Positions 12,885 through 27,569 of a stretch of DNA of 64,000 nucleotides are shown here, piece by piece. Source of the stretch: Octopus vulgaris (Eukaryota). Each line of letters opens with the position of its first letter. The first letter of the stretch is position 1. The position numbers and the translations under genes were made by a program. The notes beneath the pieces are model-generated. The model was not told the origin of the DNA, made no database searches, and saw only the letters and a program-made list of their open reading frames with translations. The DNA lies in contig OX597817.1 of NCBI GenBank assembly GCA_951406725.2, positions 23,684,001 to 23,748,000 of the forward strand. Direction: 5' to 3'.

Positions 12885-15050
12885 CACAAGAAAATTTATG
12901 TGAATGTGTGTGTTTAGATGTGCGCTTTTAGAAATTTCATATTGCAAACCATTATGTACTTGTAATTTCATTTTACCATTATGTTGTATGAAGCTCTCAA
13001 GAAACCATTCACTCCTTACATCTGAAATGCCATCTAAATATCAATGTTTTCAACTTTGATACTAAATGAATTATCATTCTAGCTTAAAGATCTTTTATTC
13101 TCTACTAATTCGCTAATCTTTCTAATACTGAGGATAGACATTCCTTTTGATCAAAAGACAAATTTCCTTGAACTTCTTTTCTTTGCCTTCGCTTATCAAA
13201 AGCCTTTATTCAGACTGTTTCCGGTACTCCGGCTTTAAAATTGACAAATTATACCAAAGTCAATTTATTTTACGTTCTACTTCAAATGCTAACTCGATAG
13301 ATTTGGCTTCCTTCTATCAGTAAACATGGCTTAAATACACTATATACGCCTTTTTAAGCATTGAAAATTTCAACACTTGAATGTTTCCAGAAGTAAGAAA
13401 AAAATAAACACATACATTACATTGAAAACAAATCGAAATAATACTTCTATCTTTACACATTAATAACCTTAACCACTGGAGAATTTTGTTTTCCATAAAT
13501 TGACTTTCGTTGTTCGTTTGAGTAGTTTGGTTTGTTGGTAATGCTTTTTGCTTTCTTTTGGTTCGGCAACTGTTCTTCTAAAAGTTGCAGGAGAAAAAAA
13601 TCATGTAATTATTTGATTATATTACTTCAGCTTAAGTATCAGGGTGACACTGAAATTAGGGAGGGGGGACAATGCAAGGGAATATCTCTATAAGATAATA
13701 CAACTACATTACTTATTTGTGAAATATTAAAGCCAAGTAGAGATGTAATTTCGGTTTTGCTTGCTTTTTACTTAATAACTGTTTTACTTTAATTCAGATA
13801 CCTTGAGTGACATATGTCTCTTGGGGATCCGGCAATTTTAGATTCTGTTAACGATGACGATGTATTTTCATTGGCTTTTATGCGGTATCTTTTATGAAGA
13901 ATCTGCTCGAGTTAAATAGCCACGCGTAGAGCCGTGAACCACGCTGGTCACAAGACAGAAAATAAATTAACGTTTCAATGGAGTTTAATCACGTGCGGAT
14001 TAGATGTGTTCGCCTCAATGAATAAATAGTAAAATCGCTAAGGGAAAAATAACTGAATGTAATGTGCACACTGATATATTTTTTATGGGTTATATGCTAA
14101 TAAATGCAGGAAAAATTTTGTTGAATCCATTGCTTTTACTTGACTCAGTCGACTAATTTGTAGCATTTATTCATATTTCGCTAAATATTTATATTTTGGT
14201 TCACTAATTTCACAAGTCGAATCGATACCTGTTTCTTACTCTTATAATATTATTTAATCAGAAATGAAATGGAAGCTTTCGAAAAATTTTTTTAATGGAC
14301 ATATTCCAATAATATTGATTAAGATATTGACGTAAAAAGTAGATGCATTGAAAGACGGAGGATTATCAACGGCGATTAAATCATCAAATCTTCATAAGCA
14401 TGCAATTACTCTCATCTATTGTTTACCGATTATATTTATTTTCACTGAAATAATTTTCTAATGCAATTTTAACAAGCCTAAGGACAATGATATATTGGTC
14501 TAATAATTAATCACTTCTTTACAGTTATACCTCATACATCATGCATAACAGATGCATAGGAAATATTGCTTACATCGATTTTACTATTTTTACAGAATTC
14601 TCTTTAGATTGGTGTATACAGAAAAATGTTGGAATGAAAGATTCTGAACAATAAATTTTGTCGGTCGTTTTTCGTGACTTTGGAGTTCTTTTCTCCTGAG
14701 CAATGACATCAACAACACTAAAATCATGTGGTCATTTCAAACCAAACCCTCTCATCTCTTGTCACAACTGTCCTGATGTCCAGTCACAGCAGAACTGTTT
14801 TCTTCCATATATCTGTTTAAATCTTCTTCACTTTGTTCTTAATTGTTACTGTCATCAGCAATGCAAATAATTTAAACGCAAGAAAAATCTTTATATTTCA
14901 GTGAGTGGAAAATAAAAATAACTAAGATGTTGCAGACAAATAGATTTTAATGAGAAGATTGAGCAACAACTTAGATATGGAATAATAATGAGGCTAGTTA
15001 AGCGCTTAATAAAAACAGTAAGACGTTTGACACATTTCATAAAATACAGT

Positions 15051-15433
15051 GGAGGCGCAATGGCCCAGTGGTTAGGGCAGCGGACTCGTGGTCGTAGGAT
15101 CGCGGTTTCGATTCCCAGACCTGGCGTTGTGAGTGTTTATTGAGCGAAAACACCTAAAAGCTCCACGAGGCTCCGGCAGGGGATGGTGGTGATCCCTGCT
15201 GTACTCTTTCACCACAACTTTCTTTCACTCTTACTTCCTGTTTCTGTTGTACCTGTATTTCAAAGGGCCGGCCTTGTCACTCTCTGTGTCACGCTGAATA
15301 TCCCCGAGAACTACGTTAAGGGTACACGTGTCTGTGGAGTACTCAGCCACTTACACGTTAATTTCACGAGCAGGCTGTTCCGTTGATCGGATCAACCGGA
15401 ACCCTCGGCGTCGTAACCGACGGAGTGCTTCCA
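15051..15433 (+). mobile_element. tRNA-derived SINE, family C, tail type 1, with TSD
   Basis: Head ggaggcgcaatggcccagtggttagggcagcggactc...gtttcgattccc. TSD tgacacatttcataaaa at 15028-15044 and 15448-15464. Confidence 0.93.
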
Positions 15434-15981
15434 TCAAAACTCAGTAGTGACACATTTCATAAAACATAGGAAGATTTTCACACAGTTAGAACTTCTCGCG
15501 TGTTATCATTGAAGGAGGAAAGGAAGGCTTATGCGTTAGTTATGGGATGGTTAAGCCTCTTTTAAATATTTCAAGTAATACGGCACATGGTAGAATGAAT
15601 AATCTAACGCTACAGGGCATGACTTGAAATTTCATGATACCTAAGATTTACTGTTAAATAACTGATCTTTAAGTAAGAGAAAAATTCTGTAGTAAAGATG
15701 CATGTAAAAAATTTATTATCTTATCGAGTACTAAAAGTTCTGAGATTAGTTAAATTTATGCATTTGGTAATTTTAGGGAATTTTATCATTGTCTTTAAGC
15801 TGTATTTATATTTAAATTGCGCATCTATACTTACAAGGAGTTTCCATCGGAATGTACAAATGCAAGAAGACCAATTTGAATCTAGCCTGCGGCGAATTTA
15901 CTTCCTTGGTCTTAAGTCATCTGATGCACATATGTATATACACGCATAAATGCGTGTGCGTATACAAAAACCGCATATATA

Positions 15982-16035
<54 letters not shown>

Positions 16036-16121
16036 GGATACATACACATACATACACATATATATTTATATACAGACGCATATATGCGTATTTGTACATA
16101 TAGACATGAGATGTCTTATAC

Positions 16122-16156
<35 letters not shown>

Positions 16157-16218
16157 TTTATGTATGTATATATATGTATGCACATATATATATGTATATT
16201 TATGTATATATATGTATG

Positions 16219-16272
<54 letters not shown>

Positions 16273-17887
16273 ATTTAACCAAACGAGAACAGTATGTAAA
16301 CTTATAATAGATGGGTAGCTGTAAATTAAGTTTATAGTGACAAGATGCATAAAATTCTAATATGTTTGTTCAGAAATGGATGTGTTATTGTAAGGAGTAA
16401 ACGCATGAATAATTTATATTGAGATTTAAAACAAATGTAGTAAACATAGAAATATAATATAATTTAATTAAAACATGACATTTGTAGTTATTTGGATTTC
16501 CTTATTTGTTTATTATAATTAATTATAAACTTTCGATTATAACTACATTACACTTAATTAATACTAACTTATTTATAAAATTTATACTTTTTTTGTTTTC
16601 ATACTTTACAAGTAAGTTTGTCTTTGTGGTTTTCACAATTATACACAGAATTAAATTCCACTTAGCTATGCAGCCGTCTCGATCCTTGCTTCCATTCATT
16701 ATTTATACTACACAATACATTTGCATTCATTTGTTTCGGACTTTCTAACAGTGTTTAATTATGAATGTCTTCTTTATTTCCCTCCTTTACGTAATTGCAA
16801 TTCTGCTGAAACATTTGCAGAAATGCATCTTTCTATTTCTAGGGACAATTTTTCTGCCGCCGTTTATCTCCCATCTCTACTCATTTCAATTATAATATAT
16901 AAATCACCTTTGTCCATTCTTACTATATATGCAAAATTCGTGTTTTTAGGCCATTATATAATATAATTTCATCATTTGAAAACACCTCTTAGTCTTTTAA
17001 AAGATCATTACAGAGAAACATATGATTGTGTATTACGACCGTGTATAAATATAAGACCATGTATTAAATTCATTTTTATGTATTTCATATAAATATTAAT
17101 ATAAATATTATAGAGATTCACTGGGTCTCGAACCTATATATTCGTGCTTATGTTTTATAGTAATTTTCAAAGAAATAATATACAACTCACAGTAATCAAA
17201 GTGCTTATTGAAGATAGAGGAATCGTTTTAATAACATTTGTCGGTTTCTTTCAAGCGTCTCCTGCAGACAGACTGTTGTCAGATGTATTGTAATTTATTT
17301 ATTTGTTTCTTTGTTTGATACATCATAATCACTCTGCCGTGGTAGGAAGTGTGACATTTGGACAACCCGGATGAAATAACATTACGTGAAGCAGATTGAT
17401 CTAAGTCACAATAAGAATGGAATATCGATTTTCTTCTTGCATAAAAAAAAATGATTCAACAATACAGTGAAATAATTCGAAACATTATTTAAATCAAAGC
17501 ATAAATGATATGTAGTAGCTAACAAGCGAAGACTTAACAGTTTGCTTGGCTTCGAGGATATTTTTGACAACCATCGAGATATTTAATTGTGTATAGAGTG
17601 TGTGCACGTGTGTGTATGTGTATACGCATTGGAACGCGTGTGTAGTATGTGCGTATATATATATATTATTTAGTTGAAGTCGAAGAGTATCAATAACAGG
17701 GAGGGGCGCGACCAAAATTTGCAACATAAACAGAAAATAAATGGAATGCTCTTTTAAGAGTTCTGTATAGGAGCAAAAGTGTTCTACTCCATGATGTAAA
17801 TGGTACATTCACATATACGTGTGTACACACATACATACATATGTATGCATATATGCATCTATCAATATATGCGTGTAAATATATATC

Positions 17888-18131
<244 letters not shown>

Positions 18132-18560
18132 TGTGTCTATATGTGTATGAGTATGTGTGTACGTACTTAAGTATGACAATGGTTGACTGTGATTGAATAG
18201 TTGCGTTTTATCATCGTTTGTATTCACCACCGAATTTACTAGTTCTAGTTATGTAAGTAGTAGCGCATTTAAAACTTTCTCTATGCATTTGAGTGTTTAT
18301 GCATGTGTTATATGAATAGACACGTTTGTCTTGGGCTTAACGTCAAAGAAATTCTTTTTTACACTATTTAAACTGCTGATTTTGCTCTTTTCTTTAAATA
18401 CTTTGATCCCGTGCACTCTATTATTCCTCTTTCTTTTTATTTTCTCTGCCACAGCAATAACATTCTATCTGATTTTCCAGTTGTTTTTTTAACATGCCCA
18501 CATGTCTAAGTTGCGCGTATGTACTTGTATACGTATATGCATATATATAGAGAGTCAAGA

Positions 18561-18597
18561 TTATTGGAAATGTTGCAAGACGCAACGAAAATTTTAG
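18561..18597 (+). ncRNA. Degenerate hammerhead-like motif (U3-A8 core) in a short cassette at ~18545-18740
   Basis: tta-TTGGAAA-t-GTTGC aagac GCAAC-GAAAA-TTT-tag: perfect 5-bp stem II, but the core has A6->G. Confidence 0.4.
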
Positions 18598-18745
18598 GAA
18601 AATAAAAATAAGAAATAAGTGGAAATTTTACCGGTGAGTGTGTTACATTATAAAGCACAAAAAGAAAATGACTTTCCCCAGACACAACAGCATATATAGA
18701 GAGAAAGGTAGAAAAAGACGGAAGAATTATTACAGACTTCCTATA

Positions 18746-19161
18746 CAGGAGTGGCTGTGTGGTAAGTAACTTCCTTACCAACCACATGGTTCCGGGTTCA
18801 GTCCCACTGCGTGGCATCTTGGGTAAGTGTCTTCTGCTATAGCCCCGGGCCGACCAATGCCTTGTGAGTGGATTTGGTAGACAGAAACTGAAAGAAGCCT
18901 GTCGTATATATGTATATATATATATGTGTGTGTTTGTGTGTCTGTGTTTGTCCCCCTAGCTTTGCTTGACAACCGATGCTGGTGTGTTTACGTCCCCGTC
19001 ACTTAGCGGTTCGGCAAAAAGAGACCGATAGAATAAGTACTGGGCTTACAAAGAATAAGTACCGGGGTCGATTTGCTCGACTAAAAGGCGTTGCTCCAGC
19101 ATGGCCGCAGTCAAATGACTGAAACAAGTAAAAGAAAAGAATAAAAAGAAAGAATAAAAAG
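18746..19161 (+). mobile_element. SINE family A
   Basis: Near-full match to 1124-1525, with an A-rich tail. Confidence 0.92.
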
Positions 19162-19530
19162 ATTCAGACTGACTAATTTCCAGTTCAGTCTCCAGACTCT
19201 TCCCTTCTCAGTTCAAATACAACCAAAGTCAAATTTTCTCTTTCTTCTTTCAGTTTCGATAAATACCATAGCAGTCTAGTATTCGTTTCTTGTAAGTGTA
19301 AGAACGTCAAACATGTTTCCTTGTAGAATGTTTTCGTTTCATGTGGCCTGACTTCAAATTCCGTCTAATGCCAAATGGATAATGCTAATCACCCGGTAAA
19401 GGAAGTCTAGACCGAGCCACAATTGATCACCATGTAACATACTGGCAAATAATCAGCCTATATAAACTGACAAACAACTTAAGCTGAAATTTCATCTAGT
19501 CGAAAATGAGAAACATGTTAGATAGATAGA

Positions 19531-19584
<54 letters not shown>

Positions 19585-19740
19585 TGTGTGTGTGTTTCGT
19601 GTTTGGCTAAGAAATAAACTCGTGGCACCAAAAATTTTGACTCAAGTCAAAAATAAAAACCTAGTCGATATCGTTGTTAGCGCTTAATTGGATTGAAGAC
19701 AGCCTAGTTTGTATTGGCATCAAATCATATTAGTTGTAAT

Positions 19741-19942
19741 AATCCTTTCTACTCTAGGCACCAGGTCTGAAATGTTGAGGGGAGGATGGCTAGTAGTCTA
19801 TTACCTCGACTCCAATGCTCAACTGGTATTTATTTCCCTGACCCTGAAAGGATGAAAGGAATTTGAACTCAGAACGTAATGACGGGCGAAATACCGCTAA
19901 GCATTTCGTCCAACGTGCTAACAATTCTGTCACCTCCCTGCT
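19741..19942 (-). mobile_element. Old SINE family B-related copy
   Basis: atttgaactcagaacgtaatgacgggcgaaataccgctaagcatttcgtccaacgtgctaac is the reverse complement of the family B head. Alternative tail cctttctactctaggcaccaggtctgaaat. Confidence 0.75.
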
Positions 19943-20307
19943 TTATTAGTTATAATAATGAAATCAAACCAAATAGCAATGTTTTGAAATCGTTTAATAC
20001 GTACTTTTCAGGTTTTCGTAAATGTGTCTTGCCGCGACGACTGCTAAGCACGAAAGGGCGGCAATCGGTCAGTCAGTCACGTGTGAGAAGAAGAGAGAGG
20101 AAAAGAGGTACAGAGGAATTAAGGAGGGGGAGAAGAGAGAGAAAAAGGGGAACAAGGAACCAAGCAGGAGAAGAAGAGAGAGAGAGCGAGAAAGAGACAG
20201 ATCAAAGTGGAGAGCAAAGTGAGAAAGGCTGAGAAATATAGGAGAAGGGTGAGAGACAGTGTTATAGAGTCGTACCAAGTTTAAAGAAATATGTACTTAC
20301 ATATAAG

Positions 20308-20362
<55 letters not shown>

Positions 20363-20864
20363 TTATATCTATGTGTGTTGTTTTCGCGTGTGTGCGTGTG
20401 TACTGATTTTAGTAGACGTTCACCACGTAAATACAGTTGTAGCAGATTCGCTTGACACACTGAGATCACTGTCGTGTCTCGCTACCAGCCTATTAACTGT
20501 TCAATCATTGTCAAGTCACCACGTGATTCGACTTTGTAGCAACTTCTTCGTGCACGTTATAAAACGTGGATTTTTATCAGTAACTTCAGGAGGCCGAGGT
20601 AGTTTCATTAACAATTCTGTTCTCATTTTCCCCATTCACCATCCGTTTCTTAAATACCTTCTTGTAAACTGTTTTTAACATTTTCTTCTTATTATTATCA
20701 AAGAATGTATATATGTATTTTATACAAAGCTTTACATTTTACTTTTGACAATCTTTTTCTAAAAAAGTGAAACTGGTCAAGTGAATAAACATCTTTAAAA
20801 TTTCATTTTCAAACCTCCTTTCATATATTTTTCCACTCGTGCGGTATCTTACAACTTTACTTTG

Positions 20865-20906
<42 letters not shown>

Positions 20907-20908
<2 letters not shown>

Positions 20909-21102
20909 TTCTTTCTGTGTTTCTTCTCTGTGTATCTTTCTGTTGAAGAGCGTAGGCTCGAAACGTTAAAGACTTGTTTTATTTATATTTCCTGAGCGCC
21001 ATACTAATACAATTGTTTGTTTGTATTCCACCTGCCTTCGTCTTTTGTTTATTTCCGTAAACCTGCCTTCGTCTTTTGTCTATTTTCCTAAAGCTTCCCG
21101 TC
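20907..21102 (+). mobile_element. Short (TA)n-flanked cassette with a hammerhead-like motif (PLE-type)
   Basis: tcttt-CTGTTGA-A-GAGC gtag GCTC-GAAAC-GTT-aaaga (20935-20973), with stem I tcttt/aaaga. Shares ttcctgagcg with the cassette at 60510-60710. (TA)n on both sides. Confidence 0.55.
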
Positions 21103-21132
21103 ATATATATATATACATACATATAGATATAA

Positions 21133-21226
<94 letters not shown>

Positions 21227-22974
21227 CAAACCCATTACTTTTCTGCTATGTAGATATATAAACATACTTTTCATTGATTTTCTTTACACATCGATGCTTA
21301 TAAATACAAGCATGTCAAATATATATATATTCCAATTTTCTAGTTATCCAATTTGAAAATCATCATTTAGTAACCATTTTACCAATAAATCAATTTTCGT
21401 GCTTATGAGATGCGCTATTATTTATGAATAAAGAGTTCAAAGTATTAAAGCTTGAAGACGAGCACTGGTTATGAACTGACAGCTTAATGATTTTGTAAAT
21501 CTTCCTCATGTACAGGTTTATATGGAAGGCAATAATTAATCTTCAGTAATATTTTCTAATTACCCCAGTTCTTCTAAATAATATATATTGGCTCTGCTCT
21601 GATCATGAGATCTTAGCAGGCCATCAAACACCACTAGTGCAAACAACATGTAGTCTCAGAAATGCAACTGGTTTCGTCTACATTTACGTTATCAAGGATT
21701 TCAGAAGACGTTCTATTTTCTTTCAGTAGACTAAGAATATAACACTTAGATTCGCATTAGAAATGCTCTTTCATAATACCAGTCATATTTTACCGAGGTT
21801 CAGATAAAAGACGTGATGAAAAAACATTATATTTCTGTACTTCGATCCATTTAATACCGAATTGATATTTTGTTAAAACCAGACTAAAACGATATATGTC
21901 ATCGATCAAGTCCAGAGCTTCATCTCTTTGTATTTATATCAGGGTATCCCTGAGTTCATTGGAATTTGATATTTTGTTCATTTTGTAGGAAGACAGAAAG
22001 TACTAATATCGTCTTAGTTTATCAGTTAAACTGTTGTTAAGCTCGAGGTGAAGTTCAAACTGTCTTTGTCATCCATGCAAAATAAAGCGAAAAAAGATGA
22101 AATTAAAATGTCAATTATTCAAACAATCTTTGTTCAGAGATTTCATTTATGAATAGCTGCTGGGACATGTATTAATGGTAACAAGTTTTGTAGTTGTTTT
22201 CGCTTCCTTTCTTTTTGTTGTTGTGGCAATTATTGATGGGCTTAAAGGTTATCACGCAAGAAGAAATTGCGAAAATTGAAATATTCATGAGATTTCCAAG
22301 ATTTTCTTCAAGGGAGCATTCTGAAAGTGAATACTACTAAAAATAGTGATGAATGACTAAATAATATACTACATGATTCGTGTCCTCTTTCGCCGCTGCT
22401 CCTAGTACTATTCCAGATTGGCACTTTATTTCCGTTAATTTCTTTGAATTAATATGACTTCTAGTCATTTGCACTGTGAAGTGTATGATTGTAAGATGCA
22501 CTCATTCAAAGAGAAAATCTCTAAATGTAGCGGCTCAATGTGCTTTATCGTGAGAATCAGCAATGTAAATAAATTAAAATTGCTACAGATGCATTAAAGT
22601 TAGGTGAGCAATGTTGTATACATGTCACGCACGCGCATCGGTGTAAGAAACGTAACGCTTTATCAAAAATATTGCATTATCGTTCCATTCAAACGCTAAA
22701 GTCTTTAATGGAGTAATCGTTTTTGATATAAGTTAATTGCAAAAATATGCCCATGTATTAGCTCTAGGTGAATTTAAATATGTTAGATAATGTGAAAATA
22801 TCTGAATATCGTTTTAGTGGTGGATAGATCTGTAGCAACCTTCAGAAATTTGCGTCTTCTCACGTTATCTAGTAAAAAAAAAAATGAGTTAGCATAAGTT
22901 ACGGCTAAGGCGATACGCCGACATAATTCTAGTCGTAAGTGAACGCAACTTAGCGTTATTTGTTTTTGTCATGT

Positions 22975-22989
22975 ACGTACGTATGTATG

Positions 22990-23023
<34 letters not shown>

Positions 23024-23102
23024 TGTATGTATGTATGTATGTATGTATGTGTGTATGTATCTCTCTCTCTTTCTATTTTCTATATATCTATTTATCTATC
23101 TA

Positions 23103-23164
<62 letters not shown>

Positions 23165-23226
23165 AGTCTGTGTCTGTCTGTTTGTCTATCTATCTATCGA
23201 TCGATCGATCGATCTATCTATCTATC
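22975..23226. repeat. (TATG)n followed by (TCTA)n microsatellites
   Basis: Read directly from the sequence. Confidence 0.95.
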
Positions 23227-23691
23227 ACATAAGAGATTTTCGTTCGAAAGACCTAGTTTATTGATTTTGCCACCAATATTTACATCATTCGCTGTTTTAC
23301 ATCATTTTACACCAGTGAAATACAGAAATGGACACACGTAAATATAGGCATACATAGCAACGGAGACACAGACATATGCATCAACACAGGCACAGGTATT
23401 TATACACACACGCGCGCGCATACACATACATACACACACATACACATACATACACACACATATATATGTCTTTATTTGTGAATGAATACTACTATAGGTT
23501 TCATGCATTGAAAAATAAGAAAATATCTTAATATCTTAACACATTTTCAAGCCGATCACATACAAGAATGGTATTATTTACCATTTTTTGGTATGTGCGT
23601 GTGTGCGTGCGTGTGTTGTGTGTGTACATATGCACATAATATATATCTATGCATATATACACTTGTACATATATTATTATTATTATTATTA

Positions 23692-23728
<37 letters not shown>

Positions 23729-23757
23729 CATTATTACTACTATTATTATTATTATAT

Positions 23758-24700
23758 GTTTGACTTTTGCTTTATGTCTGTACAAGTTGGCTCCAAGTCT
23801 CACCCAGTGACCTCAAGAGACAACAGGTTGGAAGTTCTGTGCCATATATTTGGGGTTTTTTTGGGGTTTTTTTGTTTTTTTTTTTGGTCTTTTGGTGTTG
23901 TACTAGTGAATGTCTAATACATAAAAAAAAGAAAAATATATAAATAAAAAAAAAAGTTTGTTTTAAACCTTGGGATTACATAGAGAGTATTTTGCGTAGG
24001 ATATGAGCAGTTCTCATGAGCACTATCTTTTGAATTTCTGCCATTTTGGGGTTTCCTGGTATCTGAGTTAGGTAGTAATCAGTCCCTTTCGCTATCATTC
24101 CCAGGGCACCTATGACAACAGGTATTGTTTTAGTCTTCAGCTTCCACATTTTGCTGATTTCTATTTCAAGATCTTTATATTTGCTCACTTTTTGGTAGGT
24201 CTTGACAGATACGTTTATATCGATTGGGACAGTCATATCAATGAGGAGGCATGTTCTTTGTCTGAAGTCTTTCAATATAATGCCTGGCCTATTTGCATCT
24301 ATCTTCCTATTCAGTTTGAATGGTGAAGTTCCAGAGGAGTGAGATGTGGTCATTTTCAAGCACAGGAGGTGGATTGTGTTCCCACCAGTTTTTTTCATGG
24401 GGCAAATCCAGGTTTTTGCAAATTACCCAGTGAATATATTGTGCAGCTCTATCATGCCTACTGAGGTACTCTGTAGGCGCTAGAAGACTGCATTTGGAGA
24501 CAACATGGTCTCTGCCGTTCTTTAATATGTTGGCCTGGTAGTTTCTTGTTGGTAGGCATTGATCTTGAGCTGCTATAATAAACCCCTCTGTTTCAGATTT
24601 TAAGCCAGAGGCCATTAGCCATTGATGGGTCAGGGCTTTGTCGATATCTGCATTATTCGCTCTCTTTGGGTATTTGCCATAGAGAGGTTTTTCTTGCCAT
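23758..24700 (-). mobile_element. R4/Dong-type RLE LINE, 5'-truncated, between (TTA)n tracts
   Basis: GLKSETEGFIIAAQDQCLPTRNYQ; DHVVSKC..EYLSRHD (zinc-knuckle remnant plus RHD); ANRPGIILKD...CLLIDMTVP...KYKDL (RLE, PD..D..K type); PVVIGALG. (TTA)n at ~23672-23755 and ~24717-24918. Confidence 0.9.
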
Positions 24701-24717
24701 TTATTATTCAGAATATC

Positions 24718-24781
<64 letters not shown>

Positions 24782-24803
24782 TACTATTATTATTATTACT
24801 ATT

Positions 24804-24834
<31 letters not shown>

Positions 24835-24848
24835 TTATTATTACTATT

Positions 24849-24879
<31 letters not shown>

Positions 24880-24999
24880 TTATTATTACTATTATTATTA
24901 TTATTATTATTATTATTAGAAAATAAATCGAGTGGTTTATGCTTGGTAAATTATTGCCAAAGCACGATCACTTTCAGTGTTCATTATGTATATATTTAA

Positions 25000-25265
25000 T
25001 GAGAGACAGAAGATAAAAGACACGAGAATTTTTATTAATCATTACGATTGTTTCGACCCATCTTGCATCGATCCCTCAAAGGTGGGATACTTAGCAAGAG
25101 ATTCAGGACCATCCGACGGTGCAGATTTGTCTTTTTGGGTGATAAATAGATACAACCATTTTTAAATAAAAGTTCTGCAATGTTTTTGCTCAGTTCTAGT
25201 AAAGAATAGCAGCAAATTAAAGCTATATCCTTTAATTTGCCACCTTTCTTTCGTCTCTCATTAAC
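25000..25265 (-). repeat. Dispersed repeat related to 44185-44420 (possible PLE terminal repeat)
   Basis: Shared tttattaatca..cgattgtttcga...ttcagga.catccg.cggtgcagat...gggtgataaata.atacaac...aaataa.agttc.gcaat. Confidence 0.6.
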
Positions 25266-25271
25266 CATATG

Positions 25272-25310
<39 letters not shown>

Positions 25311-25312
<2 letters not shown>

Positions 25313-25686
25313 GAGCAAAACGCCCCCCCCCCGTCCAATGGACGGTGCTGAGTGGTTAAACATTTAAACCAAATTTTCTCAAAATAACTTGTCCGACCGT
25401 CCCATAGGCCTTCCCTTGGAGAAACACTGATTTAACCTAAATTTGAGACACCAGGCATTTTTCTTGCGTACGCGTAGTATCGATCGCAACAGCTGATGTA
25501 CTTGCGCGCACAAATCCATGTTCCCACGGCTTTATCGATCGCATTCTCACCTGGAATCGTTTTTTGTAATTTTGTCAAGACTTATACATGCCCAGATACC
25601 GTCGGTATCTACAAATCAAATTTGTGCGCAATCGAATGGAGGATGCCCGAGATCCTAGAAGACACGCACAGAGACAGAACGAATCT

Positions 25687-25700
<14 letters not shown>
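25311..25700 (-). mobile_element. Non-autonomous Helitron-like element
   Basis: Minus-strand 3' end: GC hairpin CCGTCCA-T-TGGACGG (25331-25345), then ~15 nt later CTCG|T (CTRR-like). The 5' end ATATAATATAAGATTCGTTCTGTCTCTGTG merges into (TA)n. Confidence 0.6.
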
Positions 25701-25754
<54 letters not shown>

Positions 25755-25811
25755 GTATGTGTTTGTGTGTGTGTACACGTGCATGTGTGTGTGTGTATGA
25801 AGACTTGTGTG

Positions 25812-27043
25812 TAGACGGGGTCGGGCTGAAACCTCCATAAGCTGACTGTGAAGAAGTGATGCTAGAGCTGTGAAATCTTGCATGGATCAATTTCAAGTCT
25901 TCTCATAAATAACTGCATTCCCTCTTTTCATGTGAATTGACATGAGACTGTTCAAAGAAGACTTCAAATGTAACTAGTAGTGATTTCTCTATGAAATGGA
26001 ATAAATTTTGGCATCGCATTACTATTAGGTACCTGCAGCTTAACTGCGCAACCTCGAAGCCGTTCACGTTAAAATGCTTGCTACATTAGGGGATAACACT
26101 TTATCAACAGTGCAAGAGTGGGCATCTGAATTTAGAAGGAGAGATAGTGTCGAAGATGACCAATGTATGCACGTTCTGCACTGCCATCGCTGAAGATATT
26201 GATTGTGTTCACCATAGGGTAATGATTGATAGATGCTTGACAATAAATCAAATAGCCAATGCTTTTAGCATATCCTGTGAGAGAGTTGAGAATATTCTGC
26301 ACAATAAACTTGGCATGACGAAGGTTTAAGCTTGGTGGCTGTCACGTCTTCTGACACCTGATCACATTACGGGAAAATGTTACATCGTTTGAGGCAGATC
26401 CAATTACTTTTCTTGCACATTTCCTATTCCAGGATGAGTGTTGGCTTCATCATTTTGAGTCAAAAATAAAGAAGCAGTGAAAACACACCTCTTCACCTGC
26501 TCAAAAGAAGGTTGAGTTCGTTTCATCTGCAAGGAAAGTGATGGTCTCAATATTTTGGGATGCAAAAAAGACATTGTGTTTATAGTCCATTTTACAAAGA
26601 GCCGCACTATCAATGTAGCAAGCTCTACCAACTTATTGATGTAGTTGCGAAAGGCTATCAAGACCAAACACCCAGGGAAACCCACGGAAGTGGTCTAGTT
26701 CCTTTAGGATAATGCTCCAACACACATTTCCCTGGTTTCAATGGCTGTTGTGCGTTATGTGCCTTTGGAGTGGTTGATCACTCAATCTATTCTCTTGATT
26801 TGGCCGCATCTGATTACCACCTGGTTCCCAATGTGAAAAAATACTTAACTGGAAACCAGTATCGTGGTAATGATAACATCATATCTGCTGTTGATGGCTT
26901 TTTAATGAACAGTATGAAAACCTCTTTACCAATAGGCTCCAAAAAACTGCAATACCAAGAGACGACCGCAAGAGTGACTATATTGAAAAATAAAACTTAT
27001 TTGGTCATATTCCATAAGAGTAACTTGGTTAGCCGACCCTTGC
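25812..27043 (+). mobile_element. Near-full-length decayed mariner (DD34D) transposon
   Basis: VQEWASEFRR; LTINQIANAFSISCERVENILHNKLGMTKV*AWWLSRLLTPD (WVPHEL-like linker); QDECWLHHF (first D); DNAPTH (second D, ~26708); YSLDLAASDYHLVP (third D). TIRs degraded (gggtcgg(g)ct). Confidence 0.88.
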
Positions 27044-27413
27044 TTGCGAATTGTTTTACTCACAGTAGTGTTTCTTTTTAATTGTTGAAAGTTTCTAAAC
27101 CTACTAGGAGGCTCTGGAAGAAATTTTGCATTATTTCCAGTTACATATATAAATGCTCTTTTTATCACTTTCACAGTGCAACCGTCAACTAAACCTTTAC
27201 TCATCTATTATATACACTTATATGTACTTCCATTTTTACCTCTATCTCATGTCTATTGCGGTCAATCGTTTTACTATTCTACCTTTCTTGCCTTCCCATT
27301 GCAAGCCTTCAGCCTTTCTCTCCCTTTGCTCTCTTGAGTTTCTATTGCTAATTACTTTTCTTTGTCTTTATATTTTCCTACTTTTACATTTTTTACATTC
27401 TGTCTTCTCTGAA

Positions 27414-27450
<37 letters not shown>

Positions 27451-27569
27451 TTCTGTTTCTCTCTCCCTTCTTCTCTCTCTCTCTCTCTCGTTAAAGGCTC
27501 CGCTTTTTATTTTTCTGCTGCTCTATTATTATTAGAAACACCTCCCTCATTTCTCTTTTATTCTAGAAA

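Noticed and set aside
20559-20581. TATAAAA followed by TCAGT (TATA plus Inr)
   Set aside because: The spacing of about 18 nt is too short for a canonical core promoter.
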